NCBI GenBank assembly: GCA_951406725.2
Contig: OX597823.1
Span: forward strand, 99,262,001 to 99,326,000
Reading direction: 5' to 3'
Source of the DNA: Octopus vulgaris
Lineage: Eukaryota
DNA length: 64,000 bases
The position numbers and the translations under genes were made by a program. Every line of letters starts with the position of its first letter. Positions within the stretch are counted from its first letter, which is position 1. The notes under the pieces are model-generated. The model saw nothing but the letters and a program-made list of their open reading frames with translations, was not told where the DNA came from and ran no database searches. Positions 51,587 through 64,000 of this stretch are shown one piece after another.

Positions 51587-53630
51587 GCAGATAGTACACA
51601 TTCATTAAATGCAGAGGTAGAGAAGCTATTGTAACAGCAGTGGAATAGTAGAAGAGAAAGAGGATACAGTTGGAAAGCGAAAAAGTGGGGGCTGTAGTTT
51701 TGTTGGTGAGTGTAGCTGTGGTATGTGAAAGAGGGCATAGTTTAGCAGGTTTTAGATGCATTGGTGTAAAAAGGTTTATCAACTGGAATGGAGCCCCATT
51801 TTTTTTTTTTTTTTGAGAGGAGATGCAGTTAAAAAGTAGCAAGTCTGCAAAGAGAGAAAATAATTAAATGAAGTGATCCCAGTACATAACAGGTATCTAA
51901 ATTATCAACAATAAAGACAAGGAAAGATCAGTTGACCTTGGAAGAATCTGAACTCAAGATGTAACTAAATTCCAACAACAAATACTTTTGCCTGTTCGAT
52001 ACTAAAAAAAAAAAGTTTCTAAATTAGGCAAAAAGCCACACATTTTGCAGGAAGGAACAGTACAGGATCTACCCCAGTGTATGACTAGTACTTTTTTTTT
52101 CTTGGGATGAAAGGAAAATAAATTTTACTGAGGTGGAAATTGAAACCTGAATGTAAAGGGACATAAGTAGATATTATAAGGCGTTTTATACAATCTACTG
52201 ACTTGCCATTCCTTCTGCCACCTTTATAACAATAACTATAATAATGATAGTTTCAAATTTTGGTACAAGACCAACAGTTTTGAATAGAGACGATAGGTGA
52301 TTACAGTAACCCCAGTGCTCAACAGGTACATTATTTTATCAATCCTCAGAAGATGAAAAGCAAAGCTGGTAGAATTTGAAATTATAAGGTAAACAGCTGG
52401 AAGAAATGCCACTAAGCATTTTGTCTTATGATTCTGCCAGCTAGTCATTTTAAGAATAATCCTTTCTAATATAGAAACAAAGCCTGACATTTTGGTGGAT
52501 AGAGGGCAGTGAATTACATTAACCCCAGTTATTGACTGGCGCTTATCCTATTGACCCTGAAACAATGAAATGCAAAGCTGACCTCAGTGGAATTTGAATT
52601 CAGGTCATAAAGCCAGAAGAAATGCTAGAAAGCCTTTTGTCTGACGCACAAATGATTCTGTCAGCTTGTTGCCTTAATAATGATAATAATGAAGATATTT
52701 ATGATGAAGGTAATAATAAAAGGCCTGTGAAAGGGAATTAGTTAATGTAAAAGGAGTTAAGATAAAAGGCCTGAAATGTAGGTGGTGGAGGTGTTAGTCA
52801 ATTATACAGATCCCAATACTCAACTGGTACTTTAGTTAATTCACCACAAAATTGACCTCGGTGGCATTTGCACTCAGAATAGGAGTCAGAAGGAATACTA
52901 GAAGGCACTTTGTACAAGACTAACAATTCTGCCAGTTCACTTTCTAGGCCAGAAATTTGGGTAGTGGTGGTAGGTATGGTGCAGTTGATTAACTCATTAG
53001 CATTTAAACTGGCCATATCTGGCTCAAATATTCTGCCTGCTTTATGTCCAAACTGGTCAGATCAGCCACTCACTCCTACCTTGCAAATATCATTCTAAAA
53101 ATTAAAAAAATAACATCATCAAATTCTTGAAGTTACAAGATTAATACATGATTAATTCAAGCCAATGTGAATAAAAAAACACTACATTTCATTAAATGGT
53201 AAAGGCACTTACTGTCTCTAGTATTTAACTGGTGTACTTAATTGACCCTGGAATGATGAAAGACAAAGCTGATTCAGAAGGGGATTTGAACTCAGAATGT
53301 AAAAAAAAGCCAGAAAAAAATAGAAGGCATTTTAAAAAAGAGTGGAAATGATTTTGCCAAGCACTAGAGACAGTATAAAGATAAAAGAGGAAAAAAGGTT
53401 TTCATAAACTAAAAATACATGCAACATAAGGTAAGATGGTAATTCAAGAAGGTCAAATAGCCAAAAGATGTTTCATCAGTGGTAGATGGAATGTTAGTTA
53501 GTGAGATATCCACAGTTATTATTATTGGAGATATCACATGCTGGGAGAATGGTCTACAATCATGGCCATCATCCAACAACATCAACAAACAAGCTGCTGG
53601 ATATTCTACAATGGATAGTTGAGCTGGTTG

Positions 53631-53906
53631 TTACTGTTGTTGAGGTTGCATTAAGTGTTGTTGTTGTGTTAATTGCTGCATTTGTTGTTGTTGTTGTTGT
53701 TGCTGCTGCTGCTGTAGAAACTGGTGAGGTGATAGCTGTAGCTGAGCCTGTTGCTGTAATTGCAGCTGCTGCTGCTGTTGCTGCTGTTCTTGTTGTTGAG
53801 ATTCACAGCTGTATGCATGCATAGTTTTGGCTTTATTGTATACGTAGTTGATATCAGGACGCTGTTCTGGGTTAGGGTTGATACACATCTCAACAAGCCT
53901 GCGAAG
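53631..53906 (-). CDS. NEK7: NEK6/7-like kinase terminal coding exon (LRRLVEMCINPNPEQRPDINYVYNKAKTMH followed by a polyQ tail, TAA stop)
   Basis: Polypyrimidine tract plus CAG acceptor at 53907-53909; subdomain XI (CINPNPEQRPD); about 55-aa Q-rich extension. Confidence 0.9.
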   Translation of the reverse strand, partial: LRRLVEMCINPNPEQRPDINYVYNKAKTMHAYSCESQQQEQQQQQQQLQLQQQAQLQLSPHQFLQQQQQQQQQQQMQQLTQQQHLMQPQQQ

Positions 53907-54699
53907 CTGAAGAGAATAAAAGAATAAAAAATAAAAGAAAACAATCTAAATTGTATTTCTTAAACATTCACACAGGCATACCTGGGTGGTTAAGAAGTTA
54001 ACTTCTTAATCATAAGGTGTCAGGTTCAGTCTAACTGCATGGCACATTGGGCAAGTGTTTTCTACTGTAGCCTCAAGCTGACCAAAGTCTTTTGACTGGA
54101 TGGAAACTGAAAGATGCCCACCATATATCATCATCATCGTCTAACGTCCGTTTTCCGTGGCTAGCACGGGTTTGACGGTTCGACCGGGGTCTGGGAAGCC
54201 AGGAGGCTGCATCAGGCTCCAGTCTGATCTGGCAGGGTCTCTACAGCTGGATGCCCTTCCTAACGCCAACCACTCCGTGAGTGTAATGGGTGCTTTTTAT
54301 GTGCCAGGGGAGGCTGGCAGCGGCCACGATCAGTTGGTGCTTTTTACGTGCCACCGGTACAGGTGCCAGTGGAGGCTGGCAGTGGCCACGATCGGTTGGT
54401 GCTTTTATATGTGCCACTGGCACAGGTATCGCAACTACAATTTCCATTTGATATTTATTTTGATGTTGATGTACTTGACTCAATAGGTCTCCTCACATAT
54501 GCATGTGTGTGTGTATATGGATGTAAGTATGAGTATGTGCATATATATATATATCTATATATATATATATAGTATAATCTGGGTAATAACTTCATAACAT
54601 GCATTTAAAAGGTCCTATGTTGTTATAGGCTACTACATAACGCTCTACAGCAAGATATTTTCCAAGGCTGGATAAGCACGAGGAACTCCACCATTGTAT

Positions 54700-55066
54700 A
54701 GGATTAATGTAAGAAGTTTGCTTCCCAACCACATGGTTCACAGTTCAGCCCTACTGCGTGGCACTTTGGGCAAGTGCCTCCTCTTATAGCCTCAGGCCAA
54801 CCGAATCCTTGTGATCAGATTTGATAGACAGAAACTGAAAGAAGCACTTTGCATATATGTATGTATGTATGTGTATGTCTCACCCTCTCCCCCACTACTT
54901 GACAACTGGTGCTAGTGTGTTTATGTCCCTGTAACTTAGTGGTTCAGCAAAAGAGACCAATAGAATAAGCACCAGGCTTTACTAACTAAATCCTGGGATC
55001 AATTCATTTAACTAGAAACTCTTCAAGGCAGTAACCCAGCACAGCTGCAGTCATGTGACTGAAACA

Positions 55067-55070
<4 letters not shown>
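54700..55070 (+). mobile_element. Family-B tRNA/CORE-type SINE (other copies at about 120-325, 21900-22190, 30670-31060, 53975-54122, 56720-57175, 58355-58500, 61605-61760)
   Basis: AAGAAGTTTGCTTCCCAACCACATGGTTC..GTTCAG, TTGGGCAAGT CORE-like block, internal (TG)n and a shared 3' tail TGACTGAAACAA. Confidence 0.75.
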
Positions 55071-55104
<34 letters not shown>

Positions 55105-55869
55105 TTTGATTATAATCACTATTTGATTTATATGGATAATGCCATACAAAATTCTGGTGCCTTTAACCAGATTCATCTGAATATATATAAATATACATAC
55201 ATACATACATACATACATACACGTGTGTATAAAATCAATAAAAAACTACAGTAAACTTGCCATAAGGAGTGGAAAATCCAACAGAGTCTTTCTTCTGGGA
55301 AAATTTGAAAGGAAGGAAATGAGAGACAGAAGAGTTTTACATTCTCTAAGTTAAAAAACTTTGAGGTTGTAAAACCTTGCTTTTTCTCCCTTTACAAATC
55401 TTCCCTAAAGGAAGACTGTCTCAAGATGTTGGATTTTCCACTTGAGGCAAGTTCAGTTTTCATTGATGTTACCACATTATAGAAGTCTTGCTAATGAGAC
55501 CAACACCAGCTTCTTTGAAGTCTGATCATACATGCATGTATGTGTGTGTGTGTGTGTAACCTGTAGAAGAGGGAGATGCAGGAATACGTGGGAGAAAAAC
55601 ATTAAAAATGACTCCTGGATGCTGAACCTCACAGACAAGATGATAAAAGACAAACATTACTGGTGATGTATGCTGTGCTTGAGAAGATCTGCCCATCTGA
55701 GCAATAGTGAGGCTCTAAAAGCCTATCAGTTATGTCCGTTACCTCTCTGACTACTATTCCTGGGAGTAGTAGTAGTAAACCTGTGTTTTAGAGGATCAAG
55801 GATTAACTAATGATAACAGCAAACAAACAATCTGTCATATAAGATGTGCCAAGAAAACAAATGGTTTAC

Positions 55870-55983
55870 CTCTTGGGAATAGATATCTGAAGGTAGAGGT
55901 GGATAATCACACTGTTCTATTTTCTTACACAGAGAATACAAATTCATCTTGTCACCATAGAACGGAGATTGTAAGGCTGCCAT
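55870..55983 (-). CDS. NEK7: NEK6/7-like kinase exon ([38 protein letters not shown])
   Basis: CAG/GTAAAC splice sites; 114 bp, phase 0; closely resembles the NEK6/7 C-lobe. Confidence 0.92.
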
Positions 55984-58107
55984 CTGGAAAAAAAAAAAAA
56001 AAAATTCTCATAATGCAATATGCCCTTTCTGAAGATGCTATGGTGTGATTTACAGGAATTTGATTGACAGACCACAAAGAAACTATTCAACTTCGTTTCT
56101 AAGAAATAAAGTAGAGGAAAAGGGATGGAGAGAGGGGTGGTGGTGGTGGTGGATGGGTACTATAAAGAAAAAATAAATTTTCAGTGAATGATCTAAGTTG
56201 TAAATAACTCCTTAGCACTAAAGTGATTTTAAATGACTAGTGTATAGTTTAATTTTCAAAGTGTTCAGTGAGGGACAAAATCATTCCTTTGTCATTAGCG
56301 AGTAATATTCTGATACATGTTCTCAAATATCAAGTCTCAACAAGAAAAATATTTTCTTCCCAAGTTTTCTTTCTTTGAGCTATAAAGACACATCACTCTC
56401 TGGGATAGAGTACTAGGTCATTTGAAAATGACTCCTCAGATAGATTAGTTAAGTTTGTAGAGAGTTATATTCAAAAGATACACAAAACAAAACTGCATTT
56501 GTATTAGAATAGTCAATTAGGAAAAAAGCTGGTTTTATTTCCAAGTAGAAAGTAGTTTAGAGAACTTTACTAATATTCTAGAGGATAAAAAAAATCATGC
56601 CAGTATACCATCTTCACCTTAAAAATTCTCAATCTTAAAAGTGATAATTAATTTTGTGGTCTTAAAGAAATATTGGGGCTTTAGTGAAGACCCTGTTTAT
56701 AATTCAGGATTTATTAGATGCAGATATGGCTGTGTGGTTAAAAAGCTTGCTTCTCAACCATGTGGTTTTAAGTTCAGTCCCACTGCATGACACCCTGGGG
56801 AAATATCTTCTATTGTAGCCCCAGCCTGACCAAAGCCTTGTCAGTGGCTCTGGTAGACAGAACCTGAAAGAAACCTATTGAAAAATGAGTAAATGTATAT
56901 GTGTGTGTGTGTATATACACACACACACATGTGTATTTGGGTGTATCCTTGACTAATTATTATTACATGATGGTTGTAAATGAGCATAAGTCATACAAGT
57001 GATGTTGCTTGCTTCTAGTCTCCTGTGAAAACATGTCTAGCCAAGGAGAAATAACACCTTGCTTGGAAACAGGTGAGGGTTAGCAACAGGAAGGACATCA
57101 GGCTGTAGAAAATCTGCCTGAATGAATTCTGTTTGACCCATAAAAGCATAGAAAAGTGGCTGTTAAAATGATGAGTGGTTACTCATTGAGTTCTAGCTCA
57201 GATGAGAATTTGAAATTGCATTTCTGTAAGGTAACGAAATATCATCATCATTTAAACGTCCTCCTTCCATGCAGGCATGGTTTGGGCAGTTTGACAGGAG
57301 CTGGCCAGGCAGAAGACTGCCCCATGCTTTGCCGTCTGTTTTCACATGGTTTTTACAGCTGGATGCTCATTCTAACACCAACCACTTCGCAGAATGGACT
57401 GAGTGCTTTTTACATGTCACAAACACAGATGAGGTCAGTTTTGGCATGGTTTTTACATTTGGATGCCCTTTCAAACGCCAACCACTTTACAGAGTGGACT
57501 GGATGCTTTTTATGTGGTACTGGCAGGGTCACCAAGTAGCTCATAAGACAAAGATATCTTGAGAAGGGATGAGGCATTTGAGAAGGGGATCTTGTGCCAC
57601 AGGATGAAAGGTTGGAGGGTGACAGAAAGACAGAAACAGGTGTCTTATTGTAGAAGAGATGCATGGTTACCTGGTCAGAGAGAAAGGAGTGATCAAAATT
57701 GAGGCCAGTAATGAGTGTGCTGCTGTAGAGGTGATACATGGTTAACCACTCCGAGGGATAGAGCAAGAGAGCAAGAGAGATAGAGGCAGAATGGAAGAAA
57801 GCAGAAAAGAGATGGTGGTGAAGCCACAATGTACAAAGATCAGAATAAAAATAGAAGAAGACACTTGCTCAATGTGCCACACTATAGGATCAAACTTAAA
57901 ACGACATGGGTTTGAAGTGAACTTCTGAACCATACAGCTACATTTGCCAGATGTTTTGAGTTGTTTAACAACAGGTCAGCAAAAGCCATCTTGCCCCCCT
58001 TTTTTTTTATACCTGGTGTATCTGAGATAACATTATCCAATGTGTCACATTGTATTTAAGATGACAATGTGTAATCTGAAAGAGATTTGGCTCCTTCTTT
58101 AACTTAC

Positions 58108-58202
58108 CTCATATAACAAACACCCAAGGGACCAAATATCTGACTTGAAATTATATCCATTCTCATGTATTCTTTCTGGAGACATGTAATAGGGAGTTCC
58201 AA
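58108..58202 (-). CDS. NEK7: NEK6/7-like kinase exon ([32 protein letters not shown])
   Basis: CAG/GTAAGT splice sites; 95 bp; GTPYYMSPE activation segment and SDIWSLG subdomain IX. Confidence 0.93.
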
Positions 58203-59650
58203 CTGTAACAGAGGAAAATAATAAAAATTATATTAAAAAAACATACACAAAGGTTTTAACTCAAAGCTAGACTTAAATTTAACATGCTCAACATGATTCA
58301 AGACTGCAGGAACTGACAACTACAGATGTAAACACACACACTTAAATATATATACGTCAGTCTTTCAGTTTCCTCCTATCAAATCAACTCACAAGGCTTT
58401 GGTCAGGTCAATGCTATAATAGAAGACACTTACCCAAACTACCATGCAGCAGGACTAAACCTAAGACCACAAACTTCCTAACCATAAAGCAATGTCTGCA
58501 CTGGATAAATGTTTTTAGAACACTTGGTCATGAATTAGTTCAATTCCCTTTTTTGGGGTGGTTCTCTAGTTTTTAACAGACTAACACTGAGGTAGAGATT
58601 ACATGTTAAACAATTTGAAATGGTCCCAATTTCAAACCCAATGTTTCCTTTTTCATTAATAGTGAATGATTTGAAGAGGATTTGATTACTGCTTTTAGCA
58701 GGTTGAATTGCTACATATACTGAATTTGCTAGCATACAAGATGCATTTCATTTATTTTTAAATGTATCAAAAAATTGTCCTGCAACTAATTATGGATAGG
58801 AGACCAGGTAACATAGGCTAAAGAACTGAATAAGCATAAGTCCCCTCAATAAAATAATTGTTGCTAACAACAAATTATTAAAAACAAGCCAAAATATCAC
58901 AGAACATTAGCACGAACTTACAAAAGTGTTCTTACAAGTATGTCAGCAGTTATGTGGGAAGGTTACACCATTTCATTGTATCTCTTTCCCCGGTAAGTAT
59001 CTTACATTGTTTAATGACTGCATTTTTTTTAATTATCTAAATGAAAAATTCTTATAGAAAGAGGAAAGGAATGTTGAATTTTCATCACCCTATCAGTTAC
59101 TTGCAATGAGTGGATAACAACAAAACCACAGTGGCCAAATGCCACCCTGCTGGCTAATCAATGATTAGATAAAAACACCAAAGCCAGAAATACGAGTTTT
59201 ACACCCTGTATGGCAATTCTCTTGGTCAAAATATAAACAATTACACAGTTGATCTGAGAGAAGATAAAACTGAAACATTATACTTGTATAACATATCAAA
59301 TATTTATGGTGTCATACTTTATTTCAGTCACAGCATTGTATAGACATGCACAGAATCATACATTTACCTTTACAAAGCCATTTTAAAATATCTTTCATTA
59401 AGTATATGATGAAATATATTAAATTTGTTTTTTTCCACAAAATATATTTGTAAAATAAATGTGTCTTATGTAAGAGTGCATCTTATACAATGATAAATAC
59501 AGTACTTGGTGCTTCACCAATTCTGCAATATTCATTGATTGCTTATTAAAAAAAAAACCCCTCCAAAACAAACATGTTTTTAACCACAAAGTCATACAGA
59601 AACAAATAAAAACTTGAGATTTACATAGATATGTCCTCCATTTTACTCAC

Positions 59651-59758
59651 CAAGAGAATGGGCTGCAGTAGTCTTAGAACTGAAAAATCGTCCAAGACCT
59701 AAATCACCCAATTTTACTTTTCCTTGTGCTGTAATGAAGACATTGGCAGGCTTTATGT
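59651..59758 (-). CDS. NEK7: NEK6/7-like kinase exon ([36 protein letters not shown])
   Basis: CAG/GTGAGT splice sites; 108 bp in phase with the flanking exons; HRD-IKPAN catalytic loop and the DLG variant of DFG characteristic of NEK6/7. Confidence 0.93.
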
Positions 59759-60199
59759 CTGAAAGGGAGATTTAAAGTTAATTAAAACAAATTTCAATAG
59801 AATTTTATGTATGTGTAACATATATAAAAAGGGGTGATGTGAAGTGAATTGTGAGTGTGTGAACGAATAAGGAGCTACGTGTAAGTCTATGTACAAATAT
59901 GTGTATGATGTGTAATGCAAAGTGTTAGTAGATGGTGTGGGCAAGATATCAGAGTATGAGTGTATGGACAGAGAAGGCAGATGATGTGGAGTGTGTGTCT
60001 GTATGCAGTGTGAGAGTATAGGTAGAAAAGGAATGGTGAAGTATAGTATGCATGCATGTGTATGAAGTGGAGTAGAAGAAAGCAAGTCTATTTTTAATAC
60101 TGGCAGAGGCAGCTGCGTTTAAGTAGATCAGTTGTTGTTCATGATAAAGCAAGGGAAGAGGAGGACCATGATGCTGTATAATTTAACAGACAGCAAGAT

Positions 60200-60540
60200 G
60201 CACTTGGGAGTGGCCTGGAGATTTGAAGTGGTGGGCTACAGACCTGAGTGATCCAGTGTTGTTGTCTCAAACACCAAACAAATGTTCTTTAAAATGACCA
60301 GCTAACCTCCAACCAGTTTTCCCTATATACAATAATTCACAGAGTTGGTCTTTGATACAGTATATGACATTTTCAGAAGTGCAGATGAATAATCCATAAC
60401 ATGGGAAAAATGACCTAGGTCTATGTAGGGTGGTGATATTGTGCATGAAGTGAGCGCTGTAGGTGTTGCAATATGAGCAGGAGCTCGTGAAGGTTACACT
60501 GCATACAGACACACATGCTTCATATCGCCCTTCTTCACCA
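60200..60540 (-). mobile_element. Penelope-like GIY-YIG endonuclease fragment (NEK intron)
   Basis: CTSENVIYCI..C.LLYIGKTGWRLAGHFKEH. Confidence 0.75.
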
Positions 60541-61257
60541 CCCAGGCTGATGCCTTACTCACTAGATGAACACAACCTTGTTCATACATTTGTAACTTGC
60601 TGCTTGCTTGCCCTCTCTCACAAACACACATATACAGTATGGACAAACATACTGCTCTTCATATTTCATTTCACATCACTAATCACCTTCTACACTTGTC
60701 ACTCCTACATAAATCTGCTTCACATCCATCCAGGATTGCCATGTGTACTTTCTATACACTCCCTTCTCACTCATTTTGTAAAAAAAAAAAAATTATTTTT
60801 AATGAAGACACCTTCTTTACTTATCAACTGCCATTCAGATATGTAACAACATGGTGTTATTTTCATGTTTTTCTTTTCCATCCTTTCATTCTGCCTTGAC
60901 AAAGGGCTATTGCCTGAAATGTCAATTTATCTTCCTTTCTTTTCTGTACAGCATCTATGACTTTGTATTCTTGTTTGCTGCTGCTTTCTTTTATTTTTTG
61001 CCACATTTGCTTGTATCTTACTTGGATATTTATTACAAGACTTATGCAAACCTAATTATTTATTACTGTGTTTATTATCTCAATGAATGTGCTTTTTCTT
61101 CAGTAACAGAAGCTTCTGAACAGCATCTAACCCTATTACAAGGTTCAAGTGTGCTCTACACGACAGTAATGCTCGCATATCTAGGCGGTATGCTTGTGCA
61201 TAGATATTTGATATACTGCATAAATATTCTAGAAAAAAAAAGCCATTAGACTGATAC

Positions 61258-61365
61258 CCCTATATTTGGCTTTTGTGGACTTGGAGAAAACCTTTGACAG
61301 GGTCCCCCGATTCCTTATCTGGTGGGCGATGCAGAAACTGGGGATTGACGAATGGTTAATAAGGT
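61258..61365 (+). mobile_element. RTE RT fragment
   Basis: LAFVDLEKTFDRVPRFLIWWAMQKLGIDEWLIR. Confidence 0.75.
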
Positions 61366-62063
61366 TTGTCTGTGTTTTGTTTAGCCCAGAGTTGCCTCTG
61401 ATATAGCAGACCCATCACATTTTTTGTTTTTCTTCCTGAAATACTGTAAATCTGTGTCCTTTTGACGAAAGGGTATATTTTAACAGAAAGCGTGACGGGC
61501 CACAATCATGGCCATTAGGCACAGGTCACAATCGTGGCCCAGATAGATGCATAGAAGGACACAACACTCGATTTAACAACAAATATAAACACACACACTT
61601 ATTAGGTGCAAGAATAACTGTGTGATTGAGAAGTTTGCTTCTCAACCACATGGTTCCACATTCAGTCCCTCTGCATAGTACCTTCAGCAAGTGTTTTCCA
61701 CTATAGCCCTAAGCCAACCACAGAGTTGTGACTGAATTTGTAGGTGAAAACTGCAGAAACGTTCAGCAGAAAATGACTGAAAAACATGTTTATAAAGAAG
61801 AGTTGTTTGCTTCATACTCTTCATGTGCCAATTCTGCCCAAAAGAAAGGAACAAATAATACAATGTGGCTGTAGGTCATAACACCTGGGCAACACCAGGG
61901 TGCATTGCTAGTAATAATATAAATTTCCTATACGAAATGAAATCATTTGTAATCTCTATGTTGTGTTATTTCTTCTAGCAACATCATTCTATGACACTAA
62001 CAAAGAATAAAAGACAAAGCTGACATTAGCTTCACTGGTTTCTAGAACAATGAAGCACCATAC

Positions 62064-63229
62064 TATCAGGTCATTAAGAATGAAATGTCCAATTTTCTTT
62101 TGCACCAAGTTTGACAGTCGTTAACTCTAATGTGTTATCCTGAGAATTCTTTGTTTTACAACTTTCAAGAGTTACACCATCACTTTTCGAAATCCAATTC
62201 ATGGTATTTGATTATATTGTGCGTTTTCTCTTGTAAATCAATTTTTGTGAACGTATGGATAGATAAAAAATTCGTGTTGTTTATGAATATGAGTTCCTTC
62301 GTGAATCCAATGCATCCCAGACAGCTCGAAACATCAATGAGGTGTTTGGTGAAGATGTGGCGCCTGAGCACACTGTACGTTTGAGAAGTTCCAGTCTGGT
62401 GACTTTACTCTTGAAAATAAGCCGTGGTAGACCTGAGACCAAGGTGGGTATTGATGAGCTGGAAACAGCGGAAGCAGACACATCTCAAATTGTACCTGAG
62501 TTAGCAGCAAGGTTTGATGTTTTGATTCCAATTGTATTTGGACCATCTGAAACAAATCAGCAAGGTAAAGAAGCTAGACAAGCGGGTACAACACGAACTG
62601 AAAGAGCATCAAATGACATGTCGCCTTGAAACTTGCTGTTCTTTGCTGTCATGGTATAAAAGCGAACCATTTTTGTATCGTATTGTTATGAATAATGAAA
62701 AATGGATTGTTTTCAACATTAAGCAAGCATTCTGCACAGTAGTTGGATAGAGACAAAGTGCCAAAACACAATCCAAAAAAAGCTAATGGTGTAGCACTGG
62801 TGTCATCCACTACAGCTTCATGAGACCTGGTATCAACCAATTAAACAGAGACAGGCCAATTCTCTTGCAAGACAATGCTTGACCACATGTTGCACAAAGA
62901 ATGCTACTCAAGTTATAGGAACTGAACTTGGAAGTACTCTGTCATCCACCATATTCACCAGACCTTGCACCAACTGGCTATCATTTTTTTCCAGGCATTA
63001 GACAACTTTTTGCAAATCTGAAGAAGATGCAAAAACAGCCTTTCGTAATTTCATCATCTCTTGTTCTCCAGAATTCTTCACTGCCAGCATAATCAAGCTA
63101 TTGATAAAATGGTAAGATTGTGTTAATAATTTAGGTGCATACTTTGATTAATTGCATTGCTTTTTGTTGAGATCAGGTAAAATAAATTTTCAGTTCAAAA
63201 TCAGCCATTTCATTCTGAATGAGCTGATA
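62064..63229 (+). mobile_element. Near full-length decayed mariner element with TIRs and TA TSD (NEK intron)
   Basis: TA-TCAGGTCATTAAGAATGAAATG / CATTTCATTCTGAATGAGCTGA-TA; ARNINEVFG HTH, NEKW, LLQDNA.PH, HPPYSPDLAP; stops and frameshifts. Confidence 0.88.
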
Positions 63230-63329
63230 GATACTATAAAGCATCAGAATTTCTATGACTAGGTTATCATTGCCACTGTCTTGTTACTAGTTGGAAATAA
63301 AAGAGATTGCAGTTAACTAGCAACCTTAC

Positions 63330-63438
63330 CTCTGTGCATAATCCTACGAGAATGCATGTGCTCCAGGGCACTGCAAATCTGAATGAAGTACTTCCAGATG
63401 GTCTTCTCGGGAATCAGCCGGCTACGCTGTTTGAAATG
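63330..63438 (-). CDS. NEK7: NEK6/NEK7-like kinase, internal coding exon (HFKQRSRLIPEKTIWKYFIQICSALEHMHSRRIMHR); upstream exons lie beyond the window
   Basis: CAG acceptor and GTAAGG donor; 109 bp; kinase subdomain VIa leading into HRD; sequence closely resembles NEK6/7. Confidence 0.9.
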
Positions 63439-64000
63439 CTGGGATAACAGAAAAGGAACAGAGTGAGAGAGAAAGGTAGAGAGGGAGGGAGAGACAAATA
63501 TAAAGGCTGCATAAAACAATGTAGATGTATATCAAATATAACAAGATATAGAAGTCATTAAGCTAGCTGTTAATGAAATTACTCTAGTCTCAGAATTATC
63601 CTCTGTCAGCTTTGCTTTACAGTAATATTGGGTTCAAACACTAGCACAAATTATGGTGAGGAGAAACATTCACTTCAACTGTTTCCAAATACTGAGCAGA
63701 GCTTTTGATGTTTGAGCAAAAGTGTTTAAAATCTAAACCTAATCTGTGGGACTCGCAACTTTAAGCACATAATTTTAAATTAAAATGAGTGGCAATATTT
63801 AAGGCAAGCTGGCAGAATTGTTACAGCACTGGAGAAAGTGCTTAGTGGCATTTCTTATGACTTTGCATTCTGAGTTCAAATGCTACTGGGGTTGACTTTG
63901 TCTTCCCTCCTTCAGGGCTAATAAAAACACCAATGGAGCACTGGTGTTGTATTACTGGCCGTGTGCAAAATCTGAAACCAAACTGAGTAGCAATATTTTG

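Noticed and set aside
53501-53824. Val/Ala-rich plus-strand ORF
   Set aside because: Antisense reading of the NEK polyQ tract
61875-61913. Helitron-like 3' end (small hairpin plus CTAG-T)
   Set aside because: No 5' end or second copy identifiable in the window

Overview
AT-rich, microsatellite- and transposon-dense animal genomic DNA. The SINE/LINE repertoire points to an octopus (inference from repeat families). Two spliced genes can be read on the minus strand. (1) The 3' five coding exons of a NEK6/NEK7-type Ser/Thr kinase (63438->53631) end in an unusual polyglutamine tail. The TAA stop sits in a CARYYA leaky-stop context and is followed by 73 more open codons. (2) A three-coding-exon, about 786-aa uncharacterised acidic low-complexity protein (16422->9266) has a 15-aa repeat block, an RVxF-type motif and a single C-terminal transmembrane helix (tail-anchored). 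The rest is decayed mobile DNA: CR1/L2-group, RTE and R4/Dong LINEs, Penelope-like fragments, Tc1/mariner and piggyBac-like elements, and two tRNA-derived SINE families. Several (TA)n-bounded non-coding blocks carry type I hammerhead ribozyme cores and long inverted repeats. Most ORFs in the supplied track are translations of microsatellites. All calls are from manual reading; no database searches were run.
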